Origin: the human T2T-CHM13v2.0 reference genome, Homo sapiens
Reading direction: 5' to 3' (one strand)
NCBI RefSeq assembly: GCF_009914755.1
Contig: NC_060945.1
Length of the DNA: 64,000 bases
The notes beneath the pieces are model-generated. The model saw only the letters and a list, made by a program, of their open reading frames with translations. It did no database searches and was not told the DNA's origin. The position numbers and the translations under genes are program-made. Positions 1 to 14,899 of the stretch are shown piece by piece; positions within the stretch are counted from its first letter, which is position 1, and each line of letters starts with the position of its first letter.

Positions 1-156
1 TACAGCCGCCACCACGCCAGGCTAATTTTTTATATTTTTAGTAGAGACAGAGTTTCACCGTGTTAGCCAGGATGGTCGCGATCTCCTGACCTCATGATCC
101 GCCCGCCTCGGCCTCCCAACGTGCTGGGATTACAGGCGTGAGCCACCGCGCCGGCC
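1..156 (-). mobile_element. Alu (AluY-like), cut by the window edge
   Basis: Reverse-complement Alu left arm with Y-type GTGTTAGCCAGGATGGTC. Confidence 0.93.
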
Positions 157-379
157 TATTATTATTTTTTAAAACAAGCATTAAAACATGCTTCAGTGCT
201 CTTTCATATGCAAAGAAGCAACCCTGGGAGCCTGCGCCTTTTCCAGGCCCTCATGCCTTCAGAAGCCAGAGTGTGCTAGGAGCACCGGGGGTGAGGACAT
301 AGCTTCAGCCTGAAGCTGTTCACTGGAGGTATCTTCCTAGTGTGTGCAGTGGGCCTTACTCAGTTTCCCAACCCTCCAT

Positions 380-436
380 CTCAGAGAAAGACAAAACCAA
401 TTGGATATGGTGTATGTACTTGTCAAACTGTTTATT
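380..436 (-). terminator. Distal poly(A) signal and downstream U/GU-rich element of RUNX1
   Basis: AATAAA on the minus strand at 436-431, then TTGGTTTTGTCTTTCT about 30-50 nt downstream. Confidence 0.85.
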
Positions 437-903
437 TGCCATTCACACTGATTGTAACACTGGATTTACAGAAGAAACTGTGGTACAAAGAGAGGAAGGC
501 TCTGGTGGCTCCTGAACAGCAGCAGTCCAGCTGCCCTGCTCAGGCTGGGCACGACGAATGCTCCCAGGAGAGGGGAGGCGGCCCACCCGACTGTGTACCA
601 TGGACTGTGGACAGTGCAGTGCCTGCTCTCCTGTGCTATCTAGAAACACCTTGGAGAGAGGGTTCTGGGATATTCTCTCATGTCATCTGGCTGAAGACAC
701 CAGCTTGACAGTTCCCCTTTAAGAAGCATTCCATACGTTTGTACCAGGGAGAAAGAAGCCCACGCACGAATTTTCAGGATGTTTTGTGACCAAACCCAAT
801 AACTGCCACACAAATAGACCCTAGGTGGGGGCTGGCTTAAATAGGACCACATTTCCCGTTGCTTTTTCAGTAGATGTGTTATACCGTCATTTCAATTTGA
901 AAG

Positions 904-909
904 TTTATT
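904..909 (-). terminator. Candidate alternative poly(A) signal in the 3'UTR
   Basis: AATAAA on the minus strand in an A-rich context. Confidence 0.55.
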
Positions 910-1216
910 TTTTTCCATTGATTTTTATACATCCAGAATAACACAAATAACCAACAGTTCTTTTTCTTTTTTTGCACATTCATTTCCCCTAGAACAAAAA
1001 AAGTGAACTTAAAAAAAATTGGAACCATGCTATTAGCTGTTTACAAAAGTGAATAAGAAGTAGCTCATTTTAAAGTCTAAAATAAACAAAGTAGAAAGAA
1101 GCATTTTTTTCCCTACAGTATTTAGCAAACCTAAGAAAAAGTCCTTAGAAACACACACAAAAAAATTGAAAAAAAGTTATAGGCATTAACAATATTTTAT
1201 AATGAAGCTTAAAATC

Positions 1217-1224
1217 TATTTACA
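1217..1224 (-). promoter_or_regulatory. Pumilio response element candidate
   Basis: mRNA UGUAAAUA matches UGUAHAUA. Confidence 0.45.
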
Positions 1225-2189
1225 TACATAAATACAATTAACTTTGTTGATGCAACTCTTCTGGAAGGAAAAAAAGAGCCAAATGATCAGCCTCATCAAT
1301 ACTGACCTGGCTAAAAACAAAATTCCCAACAAACACACAAAAATCCCAAAACAAATGTATACGCTACGGTAAACAAAAAGGCATTTTGTTCAGATGTAAA
1401 ATATGTTTTGTGAGATTATTGTCAAACAAATTTTCATGTATAAAAGACCCAAACATGTCATTCCCCCCAAAAATAAAAACCAACAAAAATAAAAATCATC
1501 AGGACGGAATGTCCCAAAGAAACAGGTATTTCAAGGCAGAAATCTGCAATCCTAAATTGCAGGACATTTGAGTGGAACCATTCATTTCCTTTCTAATCAG
1601 AGCATTTCTGTTTATCTGCACAGAAACCCAAGGCAGCAGAAAGGCTGTCTATTTACTCACTGATTGTGATTTGCCCAGGAAAGTTTGCTGGTTTGGACAG
1701 CAAGCAGATCCAATATGGTTGGCAATGTCTCTGTTCTGCTGGAAGAAACCCATAAACAGGAGAAAGGCTGACAAACCATGTTCCTTTATGTGAAGGGGGA
1801 AGAACTGGACCTTCTTGTGTTCTGAAATTTGGTACTGGGTGGGGGTATGTGCTATCTGCTTAAGAGAACACAGGAAAAGGAGGAGGGAGAAAGTGGGGTT
1901 TGGAAGATAGAGGAAGAGAGAAAAAAAGGGAGATATTGGGGGGAAGAGAGGGAGGGAAATGTATTTTCAGATAGTGAGAAAAAGAAAGAACTGAAATATG
2001 TATCCATGTTGAAATCATAAATAGGGACATGAGTAAGCAGTAGAAATGGCTTATTCAATACTTCTCCTGGACCAGACACATGCAGTTATTACATGATTGG
2101 CTTAAGGGTCTCATTGATACCTTAACTTTCCTGAGGGCAATGAATAAAAAGATACCTTAATCTACCTGAAGTCAATGAATGCAATTTTT

Positions 2190-2226
2190 CACACACACAC
2201 ACACACACGCACACACACACACATAC
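2190..2226. repeat. (CA)n microsatellite in the 3'UTR ((UG)n in mRNA)
   Basis: About 18 dinucleotides with minor interruptions. Confidence 0.95.
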
Positions 2227-2796
2227 AAAAATGTGTTGCGTGAGACCTATCGCCAAAACAACTACAGTTTGATTTTTTTTGAAACAATTAAATACTATAT
2301 ATGCTGGTAAGAGTCTGTGAAACTCTAAATGACCAATCCAGTGAGCCTACAATAGTGACAAGCCCCCTCCACACATGGCTTTGAGAGTAAAGGTTCAATG
2401 TAAAAGATTATCTAATCAGAGCATGAGGCTGGTTTTGAGTTGGAATATCTTCAGTTAACAGAATTAAACTGAAAAACATAATTTTTTCCTTCATTTTTCT
2501 CCAGCATTTTTGCAGGTCAGACATGGTAACATGTGCTGAAAAAAAACATTTACGTTTAATTTGGGGGAAATGGGCTAATGGTGCTTTTCAGAAATTAAAT
2601 TTTTACATTTGCTGACATTTTATGGTAATTTAGCTGCAAAAATGTAATACGGAATAATATATGAAACTGAGTTGTGGAGGGAATCCTGTCAAAAATGAAA
2701 GTGAATATATTCTGAGTTTGTCCGAGATCTGCTATAGCTCTTCTCTAGATAAGAACGACCTGACAACATAAGCTGCTTTACTCTTTAACTCTTACC

Positions 2797-2804
2797 AAAG
2801 TGCT
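2797..2804 (-). promoter_or_regulatory. miR-17/20/106 (and miR-302-type) seed match
   Basis: mRNA AGCACUUU. Confidence 0.6.
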
Positions 2805-3777
2805 ACTGCATGTGTGTAAAACAAATAATCAATATATATATAAGAAAACTCAAAAACAAGTTGTTTTAAATAAGTCCAGCTGTTTTTGCTGCCTGCAGCC
2901 AAAGATTTGCCTAATTTGAATGCTTAAATTTATAAAATAAAAATCAAACACTGTTCTGAAGTCCTGCTTTCAAATACTCTTCAGAGTTGACCTGAAATCG
3001 TTTCAACGAATTTTAAGAGGTACGTTAAATAACCACCAGATCATTTGGAGCACACATGTGTCAAAATCAGCAGTTAGTATTTATGAGTTGTACAACAACT
3101 GCATTCTGACCAAATCCTCCAATAAAAATAGTGCCATAAAATTTACAGCGACATTGGATACCTTTGAATTGTAGCCACGGACAGTAGTGACATGAATCTT
3201 TCCTGTCACACTGGTGCACAGGTAAAAGCCCATATACCCCATAGGGTAGGGTCTCAGCCTGGTGAAAGCAACACAAAGATGTTGTTGAGTGAGCAGCACA
3301 GGACAGGGGGTCTCGCACAGGTGGGACCATGTTTTCCCACTTGTCTCCACTGAGGCACACAGAGGCAAATTGACTCCTCGAGGCCTGCTTCTGGTGGGCC
3401 CTTAAATTGCTATAATCGTAACCCCTAAATTCATTGATTTGGTTCCTATGTAAATGTGGCTCCCCTACACAGTTTACTTTGGCTGTGTTCTGTTACACAG
3501 CATCTGTGAAATTATCAGATGACCTTGGGGTGAGCAAATCCCTGGGCAGAAATCAAATCCTCTCCAAAGATGTAATTATTGGCACCTGCCTCAACCCTCT
3601 GGAACTAGATTGACCTTCTCTGTTTTAAGGAGGAAGTTAGATATGAGACCCTTGTTGAGCCTGGCAGAAAATTCCATACTTCTGATCCTTGGAGTGACCC
3701 TCAGTGTCTAAAAATCCTATTAAAAACGTTGCTGCGTGAGCTACTCACTTGTTTGATTAACATGAAAGGGAGTTTAA

Positions 3778-3785
3778 TGTAAACA
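3778..3785 (-). promoter_or_regulatory. miR-30 seed match
   Basis: mRNA UGUUUACA 8mer; a second 7mer lies at 1369-1375. Confidence 0.55.
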
Positions 3786-4234
3786 ATACTTCTGGATAAC
3801 CAAGCGATCACATTACTCATTCTTTTTTTCTAGCCTTCTTCAATGTGATACATTTAACTTTGGCTACTATCAAGAACAAAAGAAAATGTAGTACTTGATA
3901 TTTTTCTTAATATAAGTACATTTAAATAATTAAAAAATTATCAACACATAAATGTCTGAACATCAAGATACATAAATATCTGGGGATTCCTTGTGGGAAT
4001 ACAGTAGTTAAAAATGACCCAAAGCTGTAGCTGTTTCTCAAAAAAACAAAACAAAACAAAAAAAAACAACTACCCAAAAGTCCAAAAGAAAAGTTAAATA
4101 AAACTTAAAGAAAAGGGAATCATATTTCTTTCCATGGTCAAAGCAAGAAAGAAGCAAGCTCAATTTATATATATTTATATAAACGTATATAAAAATAAAA
4201 ACCACCCAAATGCAAATACGCATTTTGCAATTGA

Positions 4235-4242
4235 TAAGGTGC
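4235..4242 (-). promoter_or_regulatory. miR-18 seed match
   Basis: mRNA GCACCUUA 8mer. Confidence 0.55.
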
Positions 4243-4381
4243 GGAAAAATTAAAAATAAGAATTAGATGCCAAACAGGGCGAGTTGCATCCCTCCTCTCC
4301 CCCCACCCCAACCAAAATTCCACACTCTTTGGAATAAACAACTTGGTTAAAAAGTTAAGTCAAGGGTATAAAATCTTTCTT

Positions 4382-4387
4382 TTTATT
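4382..4387 (-). terminator. Candidate proximal poly(A) signal (~350 nt after the stop)
   Basis: AATAAA on the minus strand, followed by U/GU-rich sequence (TTGTTTATT, TTTTGGTTGG). Confidence 0.6.
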
Positions 4388-4419
4388 CACAGCATTGCTA
4401 AATCAGAAGCATTCACAGT
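4386..4419 (-). promoter_or_regulatory. Two miR-27 seed matches
   Basis: mRNA ACUGUGAA (8mer, 4419-4412) and CUGUGAA (4392-4386). miR-27 is an established RUNX1 regulator. Confidence 0.7.
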
Positions 4420-4449
4420 TTCCCTCCGGGAATCTTCCTGTTTGCTTTC

Positions 4450-5294
<845 letters not shown>

Positions 5295-5863
5295 CTACCC
5301 AGGATGATACCGCCTAGGAGGATGGGAAGCCACCCAGGATGCTACTGCCGGGGAGGACGGGGACCACCCGGGATGCTACTCCCAAGAGGACGAGGATTAC
5401 CCAGGATGCTATACCCAGGGGGACAGGGACCACCCAGGATGCCACCTCCTGAGATGACGAGGATCACCCAGCATGTCACCTCCCAAGAGGATGGGGACTA
5501 CCCATGATGCTATGCCCAGGAGGTCGGGGACCACTCAGGATGCCACCTCCTGAGAGGACGGAGACCACCCAGGATGACACCACCTGGGAGGATGGAGACC
5601 ACCCAGGATGCTACCGCCTAGGAGGACGGGGGACACCCAGGATGCTACTGTCCAGGGAGATGGGTTTCTATCAGAATTTACCGCCCAGGAAGATTGGAAC
5701 CACACAGGATTGCTACCACCTGGGAGGATGGGGGCTACTGAGGATGCTGCTGCCTAGGGAGAGGGTTTCTACCCAGAATCTGCCACCCAAAAAGATGAGG
5801 TCACCCAGGATGCTATGCCCAGGAGGACGGGGATCAGGAGGCTGCTACTGCCCAGGAGGATGG
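5295..5863. repeat. Degenerate 33-34 bp minisatellite, ~17 copies
   Basis: Consensus approximately CACCCAGGATGCTACCGCCYRGGAGGAYGGGGAC. Confidence 0.92.
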
Positions 5864-6023
5864 TATAATATACAGTAATATAATACGGTAATATAGAATA
5901 TCATGTAATGTAATATGACATGATATATGAAATGATGTAGTATAGCATAATATGTATAGTATAGATATAATGTGCAATAGTATATACTATAATATGTATA
6001 ACGTATATAAAATGTTGATATAA
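5864..6023. repeat. TA-rich low-complexity tract
   Basis: Degenerate TATAA/TATAG units. Confidence 0.8.
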
Positions 6024-6025
6024 TC

Positions 6026-6658
<633 letters not shown>

Positions 6659-7337
6659 ATTTGATCAATATATTAATATACCAATAATATAAATTAATCT
6701 GTGATATTAATATAGCAGATGATAATTTGACACTAATGTAAAGGATGCACAAATATGTTACTACTAACACAATATGTTATACATAATATATATCCTAACA
6801 ATATTAATATATAATAATACATTACACATAGTATTTAGGTTGAATGATAGAAAATTGCCATTTTTATAGGCCTTCGACAGTTGAAAAATTGATAATTTCC
6901 TAGTATTTAAGCGAATGCATGGCTCAGTAGCAACTGCTGAGCGAATGTCAGGGAATACCATTACCACTCCTCCTCTCCATATCTACTTTCATACTAGTTC
7001 CACAATTTTAGAAACAGTACTGCCTTGAGTTCACCTGGTATTCTCTATTATGCACTTCACTAGTTTGTTAACACAAGTAGATGTAGGACCTTGATTTATC
7101 TACTCTGTTTTTTGCACATGTGGAAATTTTACCAGAAATTGTAAAGCTTTGTCTCTAAAACTCACTTTGTTACGACTGTACATTATTTTGTTAGGATTAT
7201 GGATTTACAGTTTCACCAACTGGCTTTAGGGCTGTCCTGTGGTTCACTGGCTCTCTCTGCATTTTTCTTACCTACAGGCCGCCCTTGGGAACTACGGAGG
7301 ATTTGTGTATTAGGCAGGGTTCCCTATATCTGTAGAT

Positions 7338-7569
7338 CAGAGTTTCTCAACTGTTGACACTGTTGACATTTTGGGCCAGATCATGATTTGCTGGGGTGGA
7401 GGGGGCTGTCTCGTTCATCGTAGGATGTGTGGCAGCATCTCTGCTTTACCCATTAGGTGTTAGTAGCATCGCCCGCCCCTCTTGTGACAACTCAGAATGT
7501 CTCCAGACATTGCCAGATATCCTGCGGGTGGGGTGACGGAAGCAAAGTCACCCCAGCTGAGAACCACCA
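7338..7569. mobile_element. MER20 hAT DNA transposon
   Basis: CAGAGTTTCTCAAC...ACTGTTGACATTTTGGGCC...AATGTCTCCAGACATTGCC...TGAGAACCAC; near-identical 8-bp flanks CTGTAGAT/CTGCAGAT. Confidence 0.85.
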
Positions 7570-10415
7570 CTGCAGATGTAGAAGGGCACCCTGGAGAAGT
7601 TCAGGTTCCTTAGAATTATTCATTAAATGACCAGGCTAGGACTCTCCTCTTTATATCAGCAAATCCACAGACAGCAACAAACAGTAGAAACATGAATTCA
7701 TTGTTTTAAAATGTGAAGTTCTCAGATCAACACACAAAATAACTCTTAAGCTCAGATGGCATGTGGCCTGTGTCCTTTTGAGTTCAGGCTGATAGAGAAA
7801 GTCGACAGAGCCAAAAGCTTGCTCTGAAAGGAAAGCTACCAAGGTGGATTAATCTGTTTTTGGAAGGCAGCGGCAGTTGATCAACTTCCTCATATTTCAA
7901 GCCTATTATTCCAGCAGGGAGAGCTAGTGTGTTTTCTCTCTCTCTCGCTCGCTCTCTCGTCTCTTCCACACCCCATCCTCCCTCCCTCTAATGGCCTTTT
8001 ATTGCTCTAACACATTTTTAAAAATGAACTCCTCTGTACCTTTGGGGTGAATGTGATGAGGGGATACACTCCTCATCAGAGGTAATTAAAGTTTATAGAA
8101 ACAGCCCAAGTCTGTAGCAGATCCCTTCACTAATGAGGAAACCAGGAGTCTGACTTTCAAACAAACACTCCTGTTAATCTTTTCAAAGCCAGGCAGACAT
8201 GTGGGCAGGGAAAACGTTGTAAACGGACAGTGGTTCTGAGGCTGCCCTTCCTTGGCCACACTCTAGTCATTCTCGAGCCAGGCCACACCTCATTCCACAG
8301 GGTTCATCCCTGCCCGCTCTTTGGGGCCATCTGTGAGCAAGCCCTGTGTCACTTGTTTTTGCTGACATGGAGAGCTGTGACATGTTTGAGAGTTAACAGG
8401 AAGCTTTACTCCATTTTTCCATTTAGATTTATAGAGTCTACGGAGAAGCTGGGACAGGAGGAAAAGCATTAGGCAAATACAGTCAGTTTGTTGTCATCTG
8501 ATGCAATACTCTGGACACAAATAAATGACTCTGCCCATTATTCCTCTTGCTTCATTTGCCCTGAGACAAAAAGGTGAATCCACTGGAAAATGAACGAAAG
8601 GTCACCCTGTTTTACAGCAATGTCTGGACATGCTCTGCCAGTAGGTTCCAACTACTACATGGTAATGTGGTGATGGTACCAAGTTACTGGAATCCAGAGT
8701 GAGTCCGTGATTTGTCATGGACATAAGTACTGGAATGATGTTATGGTCTCAGCTGTTGGGGGAAAATAGTTCTTTCACTTGTGAGGAGAACATCCAAAAG
8801 AAAGAGCTGCAATGCTGCCTGTGATCCTTCTTCTATGTACACATGAGCAACGTCATACTACAAAAGACCATCCATTTGGTCAAACTATCTTTTTTACACA
8901 CATTTTGATAATACAATATCTTAGGCCTTCTAGATATGCTCAGATTCAAATGCTATATTCAAATGTTGGTTTTCATCTTTGTGTCTTGTCTCAGATCCCT
9001 TATTCAAACCCATCAGTCTGCGCAGTTCACCCATCCAGCTGTAGCTCTTCTGTCCTTTTGGCTGGCCTGGTGTCCCCTGATTCAGCAGAAGTGTGGGGGG
9101 AGTTGGGATCCCCTGATATTCACAGAGAGTTTTTAAGAGTAGGAAATCTGGGGCTTAGGAGGTCCAGGTATTTTGGTTGGAAGTGTTTTCCCATTGATGG
9201 GGCTAAATATTTGCCATGACAGCTCAAGTCTTCGCTCTCCAGCTTGACATGGATGAAAGCAGCCTCGCTACAGGGCCCCTCCTACTGCCCCCAGAGGATT
9301 AAACAACCTGAGCAGGTAATGGCTGCCTTAAAAGGAGCTTTTGCATGACTCAGATTAATGCATGCTGTCTGTCGCCCAGGTTGGCAGCTAAACATTAATT
9401 TTTTTTGAAAAAGAAAAAAAAAAGTAAACCTCTAGATGACAACTCTTTTCAGACAAGGTGTGGAGTCTGTCTGCAAAGGATAGAGAGAGAGAGACAGACA
9501 GAGTCCAAGTCCCCAGCGCAGAAGGAAGCCCAGGTGGGGCTGGGGCCGGGAAGAGGGGCAGAGCACAAAGCTGTCGGGCTGGATTAAAAGGCAAAGCAGC
9601 CACAGAGCAGTGTCAGGTTCTCAAAGCTGTCGGCCAGGCAGCCACTTTCCTTTTATGTATTCCACCCCCCTCCTGCCTCCAGGTTTATGACAACACTTTT
9701 CAGGCCTGTGCTCCAGGCTTGATTTCTCAGAGGGAGTTCTGCCAAATTGAAGAGCAGTCTCCCATACTGTTCTATGCCACTGTGAAAGCTCATCTGGAAT
9801 TCTGTCCTCCCTCCAAAAAGAAAAGAATCATTCTTGGGTTCTGAAATGAGGCATGGTTTTTATCTACTTCACACTCCCATGCCATAAAATGTTCTCTCTT
9901 ACTCCTTGGGTGATTGAAGTCCAGGATATTCACAAATGTAACTGTGATATGGGACTTTGGAGTGCACATGTTACTCATTCCTTTTATTTAAAAAGTCACC
10001 CTACCATCTGAACACCAGTCAGCTGGAGGAGTTGGCCCCTAGGGTTCTTGGACTATAAGGTGCTGATCTTGGGTGATGACCAAGTCAAAAGACTTATGTA
10101 ATAAATTCCAAAGGATAGACCCATAGCAGGAACATTTGAAGGAGAACAGGCATTATTTCAGGTGAAGACCGTAGCCGGTGTGCAGAGGGGTGCCCTGAGA
10201 ACAATCAGTAAAAGCTGACAAGTGCCTTTGTTCTTGAGGGATAAGCTTCTAGAAACCACAAGCTAAACAAGATGCCAAGATACCTGTGCTACTCTCAATG
10301 CCTTGGAGCAGAATGTACCATGAAAATATTGGCATTAATGGCCAAAAGTAATGTGAAAACCAAGCACTTAAGTTGGTTTTCCTATTTTACTGTACCACCC
10401 AAGAACACTGGAAGG

Positions 10416-10625
10416 CAGTGGTTCTCACCTGGGGACAGTTTTGCCCCTTGGGAAATTTGGCAATGTCTGGAAACATTTTTTATTGTCCTAACTGGGGTGA
10501 GGGGGATGCTATTGGCATCTAGAGGCCAAGGATGCTGCTAAATATTCTCCGATGCTCAGGACAGACCCCCCCCAACAAAGAATTATTTGGCCCCAAATGT
10601 CAATAGTACTGCCGTTGTGAAGCTC
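10416..10625. mobile_element. MER20 hAT DNA transposon
   Basis: CAGTGGTTCTCA...GGCAATGTCTGGAAACATTTT...CCCAAATGTCAATAGT. Confidence 0.85.
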
Positions 10626-11147
10626 TTAGAAGGCATTCTGTGAAGCTCTGAACAGCAGCTAAGGCATCTGGTGAAACCTGAAGTAATCACAACTGTCTGG
10701 AAAACACAACATTACACAACATTTAAAATGGCAGACATGACTCCACTGCCCCTGTGCCTGCCCCCTAATCTGCTATAATTTGATCCCAAGAGCTGAAAAG
10801 CAAGACCCGCCCCGTTCCCCCAACACACATGCGAGTGTGTTTGCAGGCATCATAACACTGAAGTTCTCTGAAGTATTTTCACAGTTTGGTGCAGCTCCAA
10901 TTTCAAAGCCCCAAACACTAAGTTTCTTCTTTTGCCTTCAACAAAGGAATTTTTCTCTGTAACTCTGATTTCCCTGCCCACGAGCAAAGGTGAGTGCCAA
11001 GCCCAAAGGGCTCATAGGTTAAATGACTAATACTTAATGAGCTCATATTAACAACAATTATGCTAACCATGACACCTGAGTTTTTCACGCTGTTCCTCTG
11101 GCCTCTGTATGAACAGCGCTTAGTTGGAATGTCTAATTTGGGGTATA

Positions 11148-11477
11148 CAGTCGGTTCTCTATATCCGTGGGTTCTGCACCTGTTTAACCAACTGTAGATC
11201 AAAAATATTATTAAAAAAAAGGATGGTTGTGTCTGTATTAGACATATACAGACTTTTCTTCTTGTCATTCCCTAAACAATGCAGTATAACAAGTATTTAC
11301 ATAGCATTTACATTTTATTAGGTATTACGAGTAATCTAGGGATGATTTAAATACATGGGAGGATATATATGTTATATATAAATATACCATTTTATATGAG
11401 GGACTTGAGCATCCATGGGTTTTGGTATCCATGGGGGGTCCTGGAACCAGTCCTCCATGGATACCAAGGGGCGGCTG
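11148..11477. mobile_element. MER2 (Tigger-family) DNA transposon
   Basis: TA-flanked inverted termini CAGTCG...TATCCGTGG / CCATGGATACCAAGGGGCGGCTG; 330 bp. Confidence 0.82.
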
Positions 11478-11836
11478 TATTTATTTCCCATTCCACATGT
11501 ACTCCCGTGTGCTGTCCATGTGATCTGTGAAAATTTACCACCACCGCATGGACCAGTCCCATTAGTCCAGAATTCATTTGGAATAATGAGTCCTAAAAGT
11601 TGAAAACTTTGGCTTTTTATATTGTTCTTAACCCTTCAGTCACCATCCTTTCTTGCCAAATGTGAACAACTTTAGATGTCTAAGGAACCTACTTCTCCAA
11701 GCCACTTCTGCCTTCACATCCACAATCTCTGCCTCTTATGTATCCAAGAAAATCAGTGCATGGGCATGGGACTCAGAGTAGAGATAGGTCACCTTTAAAC
11801 CATGTTTTACTCAATAATGTTCTGCCAACTCCTTCA

Positions 11837-12076
<240 letters not shown>

Positions 12077-14899
12077 TCAGAAAGGTCAATTATATGTAAA
12101 GTGGGGTGGGATTTAAAAAATGTCTTTTAATAAGAAATGAGTGGCCCTTGTTCAAATATGTCACATACATGTATGTGGCCTATGTACCAGGGTTTAATAA
12201 GCCTACTCAAGTCCAAGTATCTGCCTCTGTTGGATTATTTTCCCCCAAAAGAGACTGATTCTTGGAGATTTTCACCTGATAACTATTCCTTCCAAAGGTT
12301 TTATTTAATCATGCTAACAATGATGAGAGGAATGGATTACACTTTCAAGGTAGAAGTATTAATGTCCAGACTGTTGAACTGCAGCACTTGAGAACTTCAA
12401 GTATCATATGACTGCTGACATGATTTCAGCTTTGCCAATAATTACAATTATCATCATCAGAAACATTTTATAAACTCAGGGGATCACCTGTCTGTGTTCG
12501 GTAAGAACGTAGAGTTTTGGGCTTTTTTTTTATACCTTTACCTTTGGCAAAAAGTATTCCATGGGCTGGTAAATGTTTTATAGTAAGGCGAATTCTCTCC
12601 CAAGGATGACAGGAAAGAAGGTCTGGCTGGGAAACCGGCAATGAGGTCTAATGACTAGTTCACAAACCCAGCAGTAGAACTGGCCCTATCAACCCAAGCC
12701 TTCTGTTCCTTTTCAGGACTTCGAGTTTGCAACTTTTAAAAGTCAGAGTTTTTAGCAGGTATTTTATAGATTGCCATTATAAGAGGCCTGGGATAGAGAA
12801 GAGACAAAAGTCTGACTTCAAAAGATTTAGACAAAGTGGATTTTGTCAATTTGACTCCAGCGTTCAAAGGAGTCTTAATTTTCAAAAGCATCATACTGTT
12901 TGCAGATGAAAAGGGGAGGAAAACCAACGCTATTCTTAGGCAAATGTGTAAGGAAACTTAAATTGGACACTGTCCCACTAGAAGACAGTTTTACATTTCT
13001 TTGGAGTTAAACATTAATTTTCTCTTTATGTCCCAACTTTGTGGACAAAGATAACAGTGAACTACCGTAACTCCCAAGGGTCTTCATAGCCAGAGCTTCA
13101 TGATCCTGCAGGTAGCAGTGTAGGAAGAGCAGACTTCTTTAGGAAAATACTGGGTATAAGTTTTGTATAGGTCAGGACATAAAGAAATGAGCTATTTCTG
13201 CTCATTATAAAATATTCAGATCTGCTTCCTCCAGGGGCTTTTCATTTCCAGCAGTTCAAGTTTGCCTTTCTGTTTATCTCTTTGAAGCTGCCACAGTGGA
13301 TAACAGAATCAGACATTTGGAGACCCAAGTCTTCCTCCCCAGTATTCTCCTGACAGCCTCCCTCCCTCCCTCATACTGATTCATTTCTTTCTTTTTTGTG
13401 TGTGAGTGAAAATAACTGATTTTTTAAGTTTAAAAAACCTGGTAGTTCCCAGGCAAATAGTTTAACTTGGAATCTTTGAAATCTAATATTAAAGAAAGGT
13501 CTTCATTTTATTCCAAATTTTAGAGGATTTAAAGAGCTGGCAAGGAACAAAAGGAGCTGGTCCATTTTAAACTCAGCAGAAAATAAATGTTCAACCTTGG
13601 CTGAAGCTCCTGTGTAATCTTACAGCTAACAGTGTTTCCAATGACTAAAGGCAAACAGAAATAGCAGACGGTTCAATATCCCCATGCTACTGCAAGTATT
13701 TTGCTCCAAGTGAAAAAAAAATCATATACTTAGATATTTTGTATAAGACATGCGTATATACTAGATACACACATTTACTAAGTGAATATATAGTACTCCA
13801 ATACTTTAATCATTTTAAAAGCAAACAAAAGAGGTTTCAGAACTGTCATAAAGCCCCCCGGGGTGTGAACTGCAGTACAGTAATTCACGCCTTGTTGTGT
13901 AGACAGCCTCACACCTCTAACCCCATGTCTAAAGCCACACTAAGCATAAAGTACTATGCCATGATTCATGCTCCGTCATGTTTTACTGTAGTGAAAAAGT
14001 CGTGCTAGGCTTTTCTAAACTCATAATTAAACCATGCAAACGTTGCATAATATTTCACAGCCTTTAAAAAATATGCTTTGGTAAAATGATCTTTATGATT
14101 AAAGTCCAAGTTCTATGAGTTTTTTTGTTTTTTAAAGACAGGCTTGCAGATTCCACATTTTCTGACTTCACACCATAACTTAGCTTTTCAGGTGCTGGAG
14201 GGGAAGATGGCAGTCAACACCCTGAAGCCCACCCAACCCCCACATCAGTTTTCTTTCATGAGACCACAGTGACCTGTGCTTGGGTTCATTGCCAGTGGTG
14301 GGCCAGAAGGTGGGGATGGTGAGCCTCTAATGTTGGGGTTTTAGTTGTTTCCTCTTCTACCTGTGTTACTAATAGAAAACAAAAACAAAAAAGGCCTGAT
14401 AATATGGTGCATTCTGGGTTTAATATTCATTACTGTCTTTGGTCTGACAGGGCCAACATGAACTCATGGGCCACCCGAGCACTGGACTAATAGGCAGGAG
14501 AGGTGAACTCTTGGTCTTTCTGTCTGGTGAGCAACTGGGTGACATTGGATTACTCACTGACACTTTCTTATTCTCACCTCCGAAGGGAGGTGATCCCTAA
14601 ATCCTTTCCAATGGTGACAGAGCAGGATTCTAATTCCAATAGGTCCTACACAGTATTTCTTTGCTTTACTTGTACATTAAGCAGAGTCAGGGAAGAATCA
14701 GATGTGGGGTGAAGAGTGGTGCCTGTAATAATAAATTTGTGTATTCTAGGAAGAGGAAGTAGAGGAGAGTACGATGGGAGTTATCCAGAAAAGGCCCCAG
14801 GCTGAGGAAGAGAACCACTGTAAATCATTCTCCAGAGCACAGGGCTACTTGTTCTTGAAAGAGTTGCCTCTGATAAGTCAATCCATCTAAAAGAACAAA

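Noticed and set aside
3067-3368. Two overlapping ~95-aa minus-strand ORFs in the 3'UTR
   Set aside because: No recognisable homology or clear splice entry; this length is expected by chance.
5295-5878. Repeat array as a CRISPR-like locus or coding repeat (ORFs 5304..5507, 5504..5878)
   Set aside because: Units are contiguous and degenerate with no unique spacers, unit length alternates 33/34 so frame is not kept, and the context is a human intron.
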